64,000 nucleotides of DNA from Octopus vulgaris (lineage: Eukaryota), in the NCBI GenBank assembly GCA_951406725.2, contig OX597824.1:95914001-95978000 (forward strand), written 5' to 3'. This document shows, in pieces, positions 21,880-36,703 of the stretch. How positions within the stretch are numbered: position 1 is the first letter of the stretch; every line of letters starts with the position of its first letter. The notes below the pieces were generated by a model, which worked only from the letters and a program-made list of their open reading frames with translations, did no database searches and was not told the origin of the DNA. Made by a program: the position numbers and the translations under genes.

Positions 21880-22990
21880 AAACCAAATGTATTTTAATAA
21901 AAAATTTGTGCACATGTTCTCGATAAACTTCCTTACAAGATTTATTCTACGAATTTGCCTTCAACTTCGATAACTGCTTTAATGCGGGCCCAGAAGTGTA
22001 GAGATGTCTGCATTAAATGGTCCTTTTATATTTTGGGCATTACCTAGACAATAACGGTCTTGAGTAAATCTATGGTGATGTAAAACTATATCGATTAGTC
22101 TCCCTTCCAACAATGCTCCAAATATGGTTGTCCCAGTCATTTAAATCTGGCAAGTTTGGAGGCCACAGGTTCGACATTACATGGATTATATAGATTGTCT
22201 GACATCCATTCATGGGTTATGTGAGCTTTGTGAGAAGGTGCTGAATCTTGTTGAACCCCGTATGGCCTTCTACTGCATATTTCATCCATTCAGGACTTAA
22301 CAACTGTCTCCAACACCTCAGTGTATCCAGCATCATTAGTTTTAAGACCCTGTTGATAGATGTGAGGGGGCAATGATGTATGGACTTCATCACACACTAC
22401 ACCTAAAACCAACACAGGGGCTGGAAACTTAGTGGGCATCACTCTGGCGACATCAGAAGGATCTGCACATAACAATCTTTCACCCCTCCTTTAGACTTTT
22501 GGCCTTGGTCGAAGATTTTCTCATCAGAGCAAAATCCCAAGTATGCCATGATTGTGAGGCTTTTTGACTCTATTAAGTAACCACTTGGTACCGATCAAAT
22601 TGATTTCTTGTACCTGTGCAAATATGAATTGGTCTCTTCTCAGTACAATACGATTTGTATTGAATGCCCTCGTGTATCACAATTCTGATGGTACGCTCCG
22701 ACACCTACAGTTCTTTGATGGCCCTCATTAATTTTCCGGGATCATCATCAATGTTTTAAACTTGTTGGATGAACAGCAGTGGCCTTATAACGTCCGAACG
22801 TTTAGAATTTTTTTTTGTTCTGTCTTTCATGCAGTTGAAATACTCCTGTCAGAAGCTTCCAATCCCATCCGAACTTTGCATCTTGCAACATTTAGAAACT
22901 TGGTCATTTCTAAATTGTTGTGTTCTGCACACATGGCAGCAATGACCGAATGTCTTACCATTTCTTGAGTTATGATTTTATATACTATTA
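21880..22990 (-). pseudogene. Decayed Tc1/mariner-superfamily transposase (maT/DD37D-like)
   Basis: Minus-strand peptides CSDEKIFDQ, TKFPAPVLVLGVV, YTEVLETVVKS, VQQDSAPSHKAHITHEWM and WPPNLPDLN across frameshifts. Confidence 0.8.
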
Positions 22991-23969
22991 GGGATCTGAA
23001 AGAAATAAAAACATTATTTGGTTTGAAGAGAGTAATATACTGATAATGATGAGTCTTCAAATAGCTCTCGTACTCTGTATAATAACGAAAATTAAATGAC
23101 ATTTCGAGTGGTACACCGAGTCATATTTAAAGATTGTTCATCATAATCCGTCAGAAAGTATCTTCGGTGACATATCTCCATGACGTGTAAAGCTCATGGT
23201 CTCCATATCTCTGACAAAATGCGATGAACTTTATCATTTAATGTAACTGATATTGTTTTCAATTTTAAATATCAACTTTGATTCACGCCTTTGTAACAAT
23301 GTTGCTGTTTTGGGTTTTGTTTTTAATTCTATCTAAAATGAGTTGGGAGCGGATTAACAGAATCGTGGAAGCGTCGAACAAAATGTCTGCGATATCAAGT
23401 TACGGTCTTTTTATATTCTGAGTTCAAATCCCGTTAAGGTCAGCTTGTCCTCTCATTTTTCCGGATCTGCAATAATAAACCATCACTTTCCATACTGGAG
23501 TCATTTAAGATAAAGAACGCTAAGGCGCCGAGCTAGCAGAATTGTTAGCACGCCGGTCAAGATGCTTAACGGCATTTCTGAGTTCAAATTCCGCCGAAGT
23601 CGACTTTACCTTTCATCCTTTCGGAAGCAGTGGGGTGGATGTAATCGACTTAACCCCTCCCCTGAAACTGCTGCTCTTGTACCAAAATTTGAAACCACTA
23701 TTTTGGCGGGAAGAGCCTGGTATTTGTTAGTTTATTGCACTTAAATTTTAACTACAAAACCATACAAGGACCCTGGGGGTCATTATAGATCCCTGACGAG
23801 AAACACTGAACTAAACCCTTGTAAGGCATTGCTACAGCATGGCCGCAGTCCGACGATTGAAACAACTAAATGGTAAAAGGTGAAAAATATCCCAGGAACC
23901 CTTTTCCCCCTCTCTCTAAGTATCTCGGTTCACTGCGAAACTCGGACGGTGGAGTGGTACGCGCGTGGG

Positions 23970-24445
23970 TGAGTGTGTGTATATGTATGTGTGTGTATAT
24001 ATGTTTGTGTGTGTGCGTGCGTGTATGTGTTTGTGTTTATAGGTGTATGTGTGTGTGTATATATGTTTGTGTGCGTGTATGTATATATATGTTTGTTCGT
24101 GTGTGTTTATGTATATGTGTATGTGTGTATATGTGAGTGTATATGTTTGTTCGTGTGTGTATGTGTGTGTGTTTATATGTTTGTGTGCGTGTATGTGTAT
24201 ATATGTTTGTTCGTGTGTGTGTTTATGTATATGTGTATGTGTGTATATGTGAGTGTATATGTTTGTTCGTGTGTGTATGTGTGTGTGTTTATATGTTTGT
24301 GTGCGTGTATGTGTATATATGTTTGTTCGTGTGTGTGTTTATGTATATGTGTATGTGTGTATATGTGAATGTATATGTTTGTTCGTGTGTGTATGTGTGT
24401 ATGTGTTTGTTTTTGTTTATGTGTGTGTGTGTGTGTGTGAGAGAG
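23970..24445. repeat. TG-rich microsatellite with a higher-order ~116-bp period
   Basis: The same block starts at 24137 and 24253; the GTTTGTTCGTGTG marker recurs. Confidence 0.85.
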
Positions 24446-24900
24446 AGCACATCTCACACCAATCTGACAAGTTCGTTAATAAATGACACACACACAAAAA
24501 AACCCATTTCTTTCCTCTCCAATGCAAAATGATTAATGAAATGGCGGTGAAAGAAGCTAATTTACTACCATTGCAACAAACGAACGAACGAACGAAAACT
24601 GTTGCTTGCACTTTTTCTTTTCCATTTTTATTTTTTGTTATGTTTGATGGGGGGAAAAAAAACTATATAGCTTTAAAATAGTCGCCTGTAAAGTGTTCGT
24701 ATATTGATTGGTTTTCAGCATTCCGCAAACATGGCATTGTCCAGCGATTGATATTAAAAGCGTTTTAGCTTTATTAACCCACCACACCACATCAACCCCG
24801 GTACACACCTATTATCTCCCTTTTTTATAGCCTCTCTTATGTTTTACCTTCATTCTGCTTTTCGTCTATCAGTTTGTCTCATTGTCTGTCTCTCTGTCTC

Positions 24901-24955
<55 letters not shown>

Positions 24956-25019
24956 GTCCATCTCTTTGCCTATCTCTGTCTCTCTCTTTCCTTTGCTACT
25001 CTTCTTTTTTTTTTCGCTT

Positions 25020-25211
25020 TTTACTCTTGTATTTGTTGTTTCAGTCATTTGACTGTGGCCATGCTGGAGCACCGCCTTTAGCCGAGCAAATCAACCCCCA
25101 GGACTTATTCTTTGTAAGCCTAGTACTTATTCTATCGGTCTCTTTTGCCGAACCGCTAAGTTACGGGGACGTAAACACACCAGCATCGGTTGTCAAGCGA
25201 TGTTGGAGGGA

Positions 25212-25281
<70 letters not shown>

Positions 25282-25445
25282 CGACGGGCTTCTTTCAGTT
25301 TCCGTCTACCAAATCCACTCACAAGGCTTTGGTCGGCCTGAAGTTATAGTAGAAGACACTTGCCCAAGGTGCCACTCAGTGGGACTGAACCCAGAACCAT
25401 GTGGTTGGTAAGCCAGCTATTTACCACACAGCCACTCCTACGCCT
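25020..25445 (-). mobile_element. SINE family B (full length)
   Basis: Head TAGGCGTAGGAGTGGCTGTGTGG, internal (TA)n(TG)n and conserved tail. Confidence 0.9.
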
Positions 25446-26063
25446 ATGGTTTTTTTTATCTTATCGACTCCCTTCAACTCTCCACCCTTATTTATCTGTG
25501 ATTGCCAAAAACACACACACAATCTACAAGCAAGAGGATGATACTAATAATGGCTTTGCTAAGTTTCACCTATTTTACCCAATTTACGTACTTGGTAGGA
25601 GCGGGGGAATGTTGATCAATACCATTAGTTTGGTCTTAATGCCAGGTGTTATAGAAGTGGTAGAAGGAGGCATTCTCTGGAGAGGAATAAACAGTTAACT
25701 GTTTCAACAGTTGTGAGCTGAAAACAAGCTGGCCATTAATAGCCATTTTACAACGCCACTGCTTCAATTAACAGAAGAATGCTCCTATATATAATTTATT
25801 TATTTATCAACATCCTTCACCGAAAATACAAACATTTTGAGATGATACGTGCCAACGGGACCAGCTAATAATAGCACCAAATTTCCTAGAATCACACCAT
25901 ACTGTTTTTATCATACAAAATAGCAAGAACACATCAGTGTGTTGTCCTAGATATACAATTCTGTTGGGATGGTCATGATTGGAATGCTCTGTTCAGTCAG
26001 GATTCGACTACGTGAGACCTGTTAAAAATAGCATCAAATTTCCGTATATATCGCATCCTACTG

Positions 26064-26959
26064 CAGGGGTTCTCAACCGCAGCTCCCAGAACTGCGGACC
26101 TCTAGCATCTTCTCGGCGGCCCTCGACAGTTTTCCTTCTATAAATATAATACATTTTTCTTAAATTGACTTGTGTTTTACATTTTTTTTTTTTTGGTACG
26201 GCCCTAAAAAATCCAGGTTTTGGATCTTTTCCGGACAGTGGTGGCTCGTAGATAAAATTTGTGGATTTGCTCCTTCAGAAAATTTTTAGCCGTTGTTTTA
26301 ATATTATGTAAAAGGAAACAAACATATAAGAAGAAAATTTATACATAAACTTGATTGGTTCGCGTTTTTAGCTACTGCCGGGGAGTGTGTTTAATTTGTT
26401 CACTGGACACCGCCGCGAATTCCCCCTTCTTTTTCAAAAATCCCCCCTAAACACAAAATAAGGTGGGGAAATCTGCATCATTTTTCAAATCCTGGCAACA
26501 ACACTGAAGCTGGAAGCAGGATAATAATCTAATTCTACACTTTATCACATTCAAGAATATAAACATGTCTTTAAGCGCAACACACGCAGAGTCAAAAAGA
26601 AACACTACCTTTCACTCGGCACTGTCCTTCACGCAGTGCTGTCTTTCCCTAGTGTGAAACTTCCTATCTTGGACATGTGAGCATGCGCACAACAGCCAAA
26701 CACCGCGTCGCTGGAACTGAGAAGCACACAGTTCTATAGAAGGATTTTTGTATTTTTTTCATAAACCAGGGGATGGCTACTGACATTAAGCTTAAGGATT
26801 ATATAATGTACAAGTATAAAGAAAGAATTAAAGAAAAAAGGACTCATTATATTGAATGTTATCGATAATATCAAGTGGAAATAGGGGCTGCTGCAGTTCC
26901 GCTGTGCCTATACATGAGCCGCCACTGGTCCCGGATATTACAAAAGTTGAGCACCACAG
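26064..26959. mobile_element. Charlie-like hAT MITE interrupted by a second hAT MITE
   Basis: Outer TIRs CAGGGGTTCTCAAC / GTTGAGCACCACAG. Confidence 0.55.
26236..26927. mobile_element. hAT-like non-autonomous element
   Basis: TIRs CAGTGGTGGCTCGTAGATA / TATACATGAGCCGCCACTG; degenerate 8-bp TSD TTTCCGGA / GTCCCGGA. Confidence 0.75.
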
Positions 26960-28619
26960 TCTTAAAAAAGACTATGAAGAACAATATAGTTATTTAATCC
27001 TAGTTATACAAAAATGACGGTTTGGTCGTGGCTGGAACGCCTCTGTTCAATTAGGATTAGACAACTACTTGCGTGATGGATTCACTACTTCTCAACAGGT
27101 TATTTTGGTCTTATTTCACCAACTTAGTGTAGGAACGTAGCCTGGTAGTTAGGGTGTTTAGCTCATGACCATAAGGTCGTGCGTTCGATTCCCCAACTGG
27201 GCTGCCCATTGTGTCTTTAAGGAAAGCACTTTGTTTCACATTGGTTAAATCTAGTCAGCTCTAATGAGTACCAGCCGGGTACTGGCGCAACTCTCTCCTC
27301 CTATATGGGTTACACCCTGGGTATTCGCCCGGGTCAGGAAGGAGAAGACCGAGTTGATGGCTATGTCTGCTCGCGATTGCACAGGCACCTGAAAGAGTTA
27401 ATGAAAGCATGGTACACACTACCAAGTCATACACGCACGTGCGTGCCGATTAGCTGTGACTCATTAACTTAATACCACCACCTCAGCCCTTGGGGAGCTT
27501 TCGCGGAGTTTTCTCTGTTGCAAGCATTCAAGAACGGTTTCCGGTTTGAGAATAACTACCTCACGTATTCCGACCACTTTTGAGAGGCCCTGAAAACAGT
27601 TCTGGGCCCTGTCCTTCCTCCCTTGGCGAAATCATAAACAAAATATTTTGAGCAAGACACTCGTCGTCGTAACCGACGGAGTGCCTTTATGTGTGTGTAT
27701 GTGTGTGTGTGCATGTGTGTGTGTATATGTGTGTGTATATATGTGTGTGTGTGTGTGTGTGTGTATGTGTGTGTGTATGTGTGTATATGTGTGTGTGTAT
27801 GTGTGTATATGTGTGTGTGTATGTGTGTATATATGTGTGTGTATGTGTGTATATATGTGTGTGTGTGTGTGTGTGTGAAGAGGAAGGAAGGTCGCGGCAT
27901 CCATTTCTGTTCTACCTGAAATCAATAAGATCAATCGATCACTAATGAATAATACAGGTTTCAGGCATTCGGTGATTAACTCTATTTGCATTGCAAACTT
28001 GAAATAAATCGCCACATACAACTTCAAAGGAGCCTCTAAATGGTAGCTGAGCCTGCGAGAAACAGCAGCCAAAATTTCATACTTCATCCTGTTTAACCGT
28101 AATAATACATCAGGCAGTTAATGATGTCCATGTTGTCGGCGAATCTTGTGTTCTCATTGCACCAAGTTGTCCTTCATTCTTGCAACGGTTAACGAGGTAT
28201 TTGACTCATAATCGTATGGTCGTCAGTTCAATTCCCGGCGACGCGTTGTGTCATTGAGCAAGACACTTTATTTCAGCAAAGTCGTTAGAAATTTTCATCA
28301 ACTTTCTGTAAACATTTGTCCATTTATTCAGGTACATAACCGACTGTTTTGTGTTTAATAAATTGTTTTCTTTGAAAGAAAAAACATTCCCTCATAGACG
28401 ATGGTTTTGAGAAGTAAACAATTTTCATATACTGTCTAAATAATACATACACAGGTACATACATACATTTATAAATACATGGATACATACAAACATGTGT
28501 GTGTGAGAGAGAGAGAGAGAGACAGAGAGAGAAAGTGTGTGAGTGTGTGTTTGTATGTATATGTGTGTGTGTATAAATAGATAGATAAATACAAATAAGT
28601 AAACAACAAACATGTGGGT

Positions 28620-28900
<281 letters not shown>

Positions 28901-29283
28901 CAATTTTCACAAACTGTTTAAATAACGAATACCCAAAGTGGATAACTTGTATTCAAAATGAAATCAGATAAAATGTGTACGAAGACAAACCGGATGTTTC
29001 ACTGTAAATAAGCAGCAAAGAATCCACCAGCCGCCATCTTTTTTGAGTAGCTGCCGTTTCGAATGTTTGGAAACTCAATATTCATTGGCCAGGAAAAAAA
29101 AGTAAGTTCTCTGAAATTCATCAACGGAAATGGGCGTAGTTATGAGATTATGTGGTCAAGTAGGTGATTCCAGGTTCAATTCCACTATGTGTATCTACAG
29201 ACACAAAACAGATAAGCTTACTCATATTATAACATCATATACGTCTCTGTGTGTGTGTGTGTTTCCCCGCGCGCAGGCGTATG

Positions 29284-29337
<54 letters not shown>

Positions 29338-29490
29338 CACGAAGGTTGGTGAAAAGTTTTGGGCTTTGGGTAAAAGAAAATACAGGAGGATCAGTTAATT
29401 ATGATTTTATGATTTTATTCAACATATTCCCCTCTCATGTTCACACACTTATTGCAGCAGTCCTTCAGTTTTTCTAAGCCCTGTAAAAGG
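29338..29490 (-). mobile_element. Mariner 3' end fragment
   Basis: Minus-strand peptide FTGLEKLKDCCNKCVNMRGEYVE* (mariner transposase C-terminus) followed by a TIR-like end (CGAAGGTTGGTGAAAAGTT on +). Confidence 0.75.
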
Positions 29491-30059
29491 ACTCGACTGA
29501 AATCCTTCAGGGCAATGCCCTACCATGAACGGAGTCCAATGTCTGAAAGAAGTAAAACAGAAAAGATAAAAGATAACATTATTCGTCTGTTGCAGGGAAT
29601 GGCGATATTTCAGTCTAAACTGTCTGTTCTGGAGCAAAATAAACCTGCTGCACGAAATTGATAGCATGTAAAAAGCACAACATGAAATAAAAAAAGAAAG
29701 TTTTTTTTTTTTTAAAAAAAGGCCTGATGTTGAGCTTAATTTTGTGTACAGATTATATGTGAATTGTCTTCATCAATTTCTAGAGGATCATTGTCAAGGT
29801 AATAAGATTATTGCAACCGAGGACGTTAAGGGGATAAAAGCAAGCTTAAGCCGGTGCTTAAGTACTTTTTTCTAAGGTGAAACAGGATTGAAGGAATCTG
29901 AGTCTCGCAGTTGAAGGTTGAAAAGCTCGATTGATGGAGCAAAGAAGAAATATTTTTTAATAATCTTTTTCTTTTTTTCTTGAGCCCTAGGATTCATAAG
30001 ACCGGTTACCCAGTTTCCATGGAGACCGAAATCATATTTGCCCTGAACGGGACAATCTT

Positions 30060-30440
30060 CAAGGCCAGCAATTCTTGAAGAAAGAAGACAAGTCGGTTAC
30101 ACATTGACCCCCGTACTTGATTGGTAGTTTATTTTATCGACTGCAAAGGGGTGAAAGGCAAAGCTGACCGCGGTGGAATTTGAACCCAGAACGTAACGGC
30201 AGACGAAATACCTATTTCTTTACTACCCACAAGGGGCTAAACACAGAGAGGACAAACAAGGACAGACAAACGGATTAAGTCGGGCGAAATGCTTAGCAGT
30301 ATTTCGTCTGTTCTTACGTTCTGAGTTCAAATGCCGCCGAGGTCAACTTTGCCTTTCATTTTTTCAGGATCGATAAATTAAGTACCAGTTACGTACTGGC
30401 CCCCTCCCAAAAAATTTTGGGTTTTGTGCCTAGAGTAGAA
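30060..30440. mobile_element. Oppositely oriented SINE family C fragments
   Basis: Minus-strand body 30060-30280 and plus-strand body 30282-30440. Confidence 0.75.
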
Positions 30441-30501
30441 AAGAATATATATATACATACATACATACATACATACATACATACATACATACATACATAC
30501 A

Positions 30502-30533
<32 letters not shown>

Positions 30534-31464
30534 CGTATCTATGTATACACACACACACACATACACACACAAACACATATGAGGAAAATGTAATGAATAT
30601 TTTTACAGCGGGGAAAGCTACTTCGAACATGTCGCTCCTTAAGTGTGGTGAGTATCCTATGGTGGTTTCTATGATTAAAACCCATCAATTTAAACAACAG
30701 CAACACTATTCCTCTCAGTTTCCGTATTACTATCGCCGAAAGAATGTAGTTTTCCTTTCATATTATAATTTATCAGTCTACCGCTCCTCATACTTCTCCG
30801 CTGACTAACTTTTCCAGACATCTTTGCAGCCGCCATATTTTTTATTTTGCCATAGCGGCTAAATAATCAATATTTGACGTTCAATAGATTTAAACGACCA
30901 GAGAAAGATCTTGGCGAAGAAGAGTTTCTCTCTGTATTTGTTTGTCTGTTTGTTTATTAGTGTGTTTTTTTTTTGTTGTTATTGTTTTATACAAAAGATT
31001 AAGGCTTTGTAACTAAAGCAATCATTTCGGTTGCCGGATTACGATTTAATCATCAGATATGTGTCTCTCTTGTCATGTGTGAAATTGTAAGTGTAACATT
31101 CGTTTAACTATTGTACCAATATGAGATTAATGTCCGGAGATACGGTGTGGCGATAGAATGAAGGAACTCTGTGGGAAACCTGCGAACGCGATTTCGATTC
31201 CTGGGTTAATCATTTGATTCTCGTAAAAAAAAAAGTCTTTCTACCACGTTTGGTCAGCGTTGAACCGAATAACGGTCTTAGGATAGTATTCCCTTTATAC
31301 GAAAACCATGCGGAAAAAAAAACACATTATCATAAGCACTTTAGTAGAACACATCATTATCTTGTAATTATATTTCTTCTTCTTCTTCTTCTTCTTCTTC
31401 TTCTTCTTCTTCTTCTTCTTCTTCTTCTTCTTCTTCTTCTAAATATTATATGGTGCGTACATCT

Positions 31465-31628
31465 TTAAATGACGGTTTTGACCGTCTGCCAAGTAAATGG
31501 GAAGTAGTAATTGAAGTAGATGGTGAATATGCTCCGGAATAATCATTTAAAGATGTTTTTACTACATGTTGTTATTGTTTTTGTTGAATAAAATTTGTTG
31601 AAAAAAAACGCCGCAATAATTATGCACC

Positions 31629-31636
<8 letters not shown>
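31465..31636 (+). mobile_element. Mariner 3' end fragment
   Basis: Peptide DGFDRLPSKWEVVIEVDGEYAPE* and TIR AATAATTATGCACCAATCCAA followed by TA. Confidence 0.8.
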
Positions 31637-31659
<23 letters not shown>

Positions 31660-31861
31660 CGCACACACATGCATTATGTGTGTGTGTGTGTGTGTACTTA
31701 GAAAAATATAAATACATACATACACACACACAACACACATACATACACGCATACATACATACATAGATACACACAAACACACATGCATGCATACATACAT
31801 ACACACACAAACATAAATACAAACATACACACATACATGCATACATACATACATACAGACA

Positions 31862-31910
<49 letters not shown>

Positions 31911-32264
31911 ATAAATCTCGAATTGATGTCAAGTAGACCTTGTCTCATTCGCTAATTCAAAATATTTCCTCTGTGGAGTGGAAAGAGTGAAACCTGACAA
32001 CATTGCAATTGTCGGGGCTGCTGACCGATCCTACTGGATGGAGTGCTTTGAGTGTCTTAAGCCTCGCCCGACGCAGGGCCACTTAACTAACCAACAAACT
32101 TGTGCTGCAGATCGGTGGAATGGAATAACCCCCTCCCCTCAAAATTGCTTGTCTTTTGCCCAAATTAGGAATTAAGGGTGGTGTATGGGAAAAATCGTTA
32201 GAGCGTTGTTCCAGTTCCTAGGGTTGTGAGTTAGAATGTCACCGAGGTCAACTGTGGCTGCCAA

Positions 32265-32730
32265 TATTTATTTCTTTATTGCCCACAGGGGGCTAAATTT
32301 AGATGGGACAAACAAGGACAGGCAAAGGGATCAGGTCCATTACATCGACCCCAGTGCATAACTGGTACTTATTTAATCGACCTCGAACGGATTAAAGGCA
32401 AAGTCGACCTCGGCAGAGTTTGAACTCAGAACGTAACGGCAGACGAAATACTGCTAAGCATTTTGCCCGGCATGCTAACGAATCTGCCAGCCCGCTCCTT
32501 ATACCAGTCAAATATTCTTTTCTACTCTAGACACAAAGCCCGAAATTTGGGGGGAAGGGTCTAGTCGATTAGATCGACCTCGGTACACAACTGGTACTTA
32601 ATTTATCGACCCCGGAAGGATGAAAGGCAAAGTCGATATCGGCGGAATTTGAACTCAGAACGCAGCGGCAGACGAAATAACGCTAAGCATTTCGCTGGCG
32701 TGCTAACGACTCTGCCAGCTCGCCGCTTTA
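32265..32730 (-). mobile_element. Two adjacent SINE family C copies
   Basis: Second copy flanked by the 18-bp duplication TTATACCAGTCAAATATT (32499-32516 and 32728-32745). Confidence 0.85.
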
Positions 32731-32989
32731 TACCAGTCAAATATTGATGCTAATGTATTCTTACTGGCCTTGAACGTAAATTAGAAAATGTTATTAATTA
32801 TTTAGGCAGTATTTTGTAGTAGTATGTGGTCGGCCCCAATATATTGCATTCGACTTGAAGAGTTTTAGTGAATGAAACCGGCTCCAGTATGGCCTCAGTC
32901 CAATGACTGAAACAGGTAAAAAACAGAAAATAAAGAGACCTGGAAGAAAAACAAGGCAACGCCTCTCCTCCTCCGACTCGATTGCTTTT

Positions 32990-33295
32990 ACATTTCCAAA
33001 CGACTTGATTTCTGGCGTCGCTCACAATTTACATAATTATGCTTCGTCGAATCTCTCCAGGTTTCTGGAGCCGCTGCTTCTCAGCATTGAGAAGCCACAG
33101 CTCTGATACTACAACCATGTGATTAGAATGAAACCGGAAAGGATTTCGAGATGGGTTCTTCAAGTTGAGCCAACAGACAGGAGACCTACGGGTAGACCAA
33201 GAACGAGATCTTTAGATGATAGCCATCGTCTCAGTTGGTCATGCTTTGGAATCCAGCCTGGAAGAGTAATGACTATTGCTTCTGATAGGACGCTT
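32990..33295 (+). pseudogene. RTE-like LINE C-terminal fragment
   Basis: EPLLLSIEKPQL*YYNHVIRMKPERISRWVLQVEPTDRRPTGRPRTR. Confidence 0.75.
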
Positions 33296-34025
33296 AAGAT
33301 CGAGGGCCCCCAACCGCCCGGCCTTAGATCATTTGGAACCGGGCCGCACAGAAAGAATTATTTTATTTCTGTTTTATTGATAACCACAGTGTGTACAATG
33401 TTTTTGCATTGTGTATGTAGTATATATTCAATAATGATTTCAAATTTTGGCACAAGGCCAGCAATTTCGGGCGGGGTGGGGGAGAGGTTAAGTCGATTAC
33501 ATCGATCCCAGTACTCAACTGGTGCTTATTTCATCGATCCCGAAAGAATGAAAGATAAGTGATAACGTAAACACGGACAAACCGCCGCAAAGCATTTTGT
33601 CCGGCGTGCTAACGATTCTGCCAGTTAGTCATCGATGTATTAATTAAATCACATCTCATGCACTTTTTTTGTGCTTTGTTTTACACATGATTCTCCTGTC
33701 CATGGGAAATTGTCCCATGAAACCAGTCCGAAGTGCCAAAAAAGGTTGGGTACCGACACTAAAAAGGGGTTTCTTGAGAATTCTAATTCTATCCCCACGA
33801 CCCTCCCAGGAATAGCGGACGGATGGAAGGATATTCTATCCAATAAAAAATACTTGTTTTTTTCCCCCAAACGAAACGTCAAATTTTCATTTCCTCTTTA
33901 TCTTCGCAACATACCAACGTGTTTCGTTAATTTTGCTAAATTGATAAGGAAAAAAAACTTCATTTCAAGATAAAACATAAAGGTTTCTTTCTTTTTCTAA
34001 TTAGCTTAAAATCATTTTTTTAAAA

Positions 34026-34096
<71 letters not shown>

Positions 34097-34235
34097 CTAG
34101 GGTGTGTTCTAGTTTTGAATTATCTGGATATAAAAGTTAAAGTTCATTAAAAGTTTGTGCTGGTATTTAATTAATGAGTAATAAATAATGTAATCTGTAG
34201 GGGAACGGTATTCTGCTACGTTGCTGTTTCTAAAA

Positions 34236-34480
34236 GATGATGACGATGATGATGATGGTGATGGTGATGGTGGTGGTGGTGGTGGTGGTGATGATGATGA
34301 TGATGGTGATGGTGGTGGTGGTGGTGGTGATGGTGATGGTGGTGGTGGTGATGATGATAATGATGGTGATGGTGGTGGTGATGGTGATGGTGGTGGTGGT
34401 GATGGTGATGGTGATGGTGGTGGTGGTGGTGGTGATGATGATGATGAGGAGGAGGAGGAGGAGAAGGAGGATGGGAGGAG
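34236..34480. repeat. (GGT/GAT)n followed by (GGA)n microsatellite
   Basis: Direct reading. Confidence 0.95.
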
Positions 34481-34774
34481 GAAACTATTTCGATCGAAAG
34501 AAAAAGAAAAACAAAAAATCGGGATCGAGAATTCTTCTTCAATCGACGATTATTCGACTACACCCAAGCCAAAACCAACATTGCAACCGCATGTTCCTTT
34601 GTTTTCTATTTTTCGATTTCCTCTAGAGAATTTGAGTCCAGTGCATCAATGGGAATATGTTATGGATACAGATTGTACTTGTACCGATGGGGTTAGGCTC
34701 TGACGTAATGAGGAACACGGCAGAATTCCTCGTCCTCAGGAGAAATATTCCTTTGCAATATTTAACTTGCTCAT

Positions 34775-35100
34775 GAGGCGGCAAGCTGGCAGAAACGTTA
34801 GCACGCCGGGCGAAATGCTTAGCCATATTTCGTCTGCCGTTACGTTCTGAGTTCAAATTCCGCCGAGGTTGACTTTGCCTTTCATCCTTTCGAAGGCGGC
34901 GAGCTGGCAGAAACTTTAGCACGCCGGGCGAAATGCTTAGCAGCATTCCTTCTGTCTGCATGCTCTGAGTTCAAATACCGCCCTGGTCGACTTTGCCTTT
35001 GATCCTTTCAGAGCTGATAAAATAAAAAAATACCAGTTGACCACTGGTATCGATGTAAATGACTTGACCCCTGCCCTTGTGCCAAAATTTTAAATCACTA
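34775..35100 (+). mobile_element. Two SINE family C heads in tandem
   Basis: GGCGGC(A/G)AGCTGGCAGAAAC at ~34777 and ~34895. Confidence 0.8.
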
Positions 35101-35759
35101 TTTTGAGTGGAGAGGTCCTGGTATTTGTTAATTTAAAAAATCATTGCTGTAAAGCTCTTAGTCTACCCTGCAGCTCAGTTACCATGGTAATGTGTCTTTA
35201 ACCTCAGTATCAATTAAATATACCGAGCGTTCAGAGCAGTGACAACGTCTTCTGCGTGTCTCTATGTCTTGGGGAACAGATGTTACATCGCTGACGTGGA
35301 TCGACCAAGTTGGGCCCATACTGTAGCTGACACTTTTTAATAACCGGCCGTGGTTACCAGAGTAACCAATGGAAAACTCTGAAATGAATAATTTAGTTTC
35401 CATCGTAGAAAGAGCGACCTTTTCATCGAGACGGTCAATTAATAACTCAGCTTAAACCTACTTACTTCCCCTTGAGAGAATGGCAATATTTCCATGGCAA
35501 CCGCTTCATAAGCAATTTATGCTTCTTACGTTCATCTTGTTTGTTCTCTCTTTCTCCGTCTCTATCTCTCTCGATCTGTTTTCACTTCTTTTCTACAAAC
35601 TTAACAGCAACCATCGACATATGGGAATATGGGAGTGTGTGTGTCTGTGTGTGTGTGTGTGTGTCTGTGTGTGTTGATGGCCTTCGAACAATAGGTGAAC
35701 TCTTGCCAGGCTAAACTCACGAGTCAGCTTTTTTTTCCTCGTTGACGCCATTTTCATAT

Positions 35760-36126
35760 ATACTCTTCTACTTGTTCCAGTCATTTGACTGCGGCCATGC
35801 TGGAGCACCGCCTTTAGTCGAGCAAATCGACTCCAGGACTTATTCTTTGTAAGCCTAGTACTTATTCTATCGGTCTTTTTTGCCGAACCGCTAAGTTACG
35901 GGGACGTAAACACACCAGCATCGGTTGCCAAGCGATGTAGGCGGGGGGGGGAACAAACACAGACACACAAACACACACACGTACATATACATATATATAC
36001 GACGGGCTTTGATCGGCCCAAGGCTATAGTAGCAGACACTTGCCCAAGGTGCCACGCAGTGGGACTGAACTCGGAACCATGAGGTTGATAAGCAAGCTAC
36101 TTACCACACAGCCACTCCTGCGCCTA
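35760..36126 (-). mobile_element. SINE family B
   Basis: Matches other family B copies. Confidence 0.85.
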
Positions 36127-36321
36127 TGTAGCTAATACTGTGGGAAAATAGGCATGAACATCACGATTTCCCGTTTACTCTTCCTCTGGAAAGTGCAAGG
36201 TTTTTTTTGCTTAGCTAAAAGAAACCAATTAATATATTATATGGATACGTAATCAAATAGATAGATAGATAGATAGATAGATAAATAGACAGACAGATAG
36301 ATGGATAGATAGGTAGATAGG

Positions 36322-36384
<63 letters not shown>

Positions 36385-36703
36385 TGCATAGATGATAACT
36401 GTCGTTGCGACATTAGCGGGGAAGGTTTTAACAGATCTTTCTGTTATTGATATTGAAGTTTAAGGTTGATCTTCGATATTAAGAGAGACTTAATGGCTTG
36501 GCAGTCGTATTTCTAAATCGGTTTCTGCAGAGACCAGTCACGCATAACTAATGCCTTAGACTTCAATGATGATGGACGTATTGTGTTTTTTTAACAAATA
36601 AATGTAATGACTTCTTGTACGTAAATTGTTGGACAATGTCCCACTACATTAATAATATTATTTATACATTTGATGGATATTTCTCCTCATCTTGTTTCTT
36701 GTT

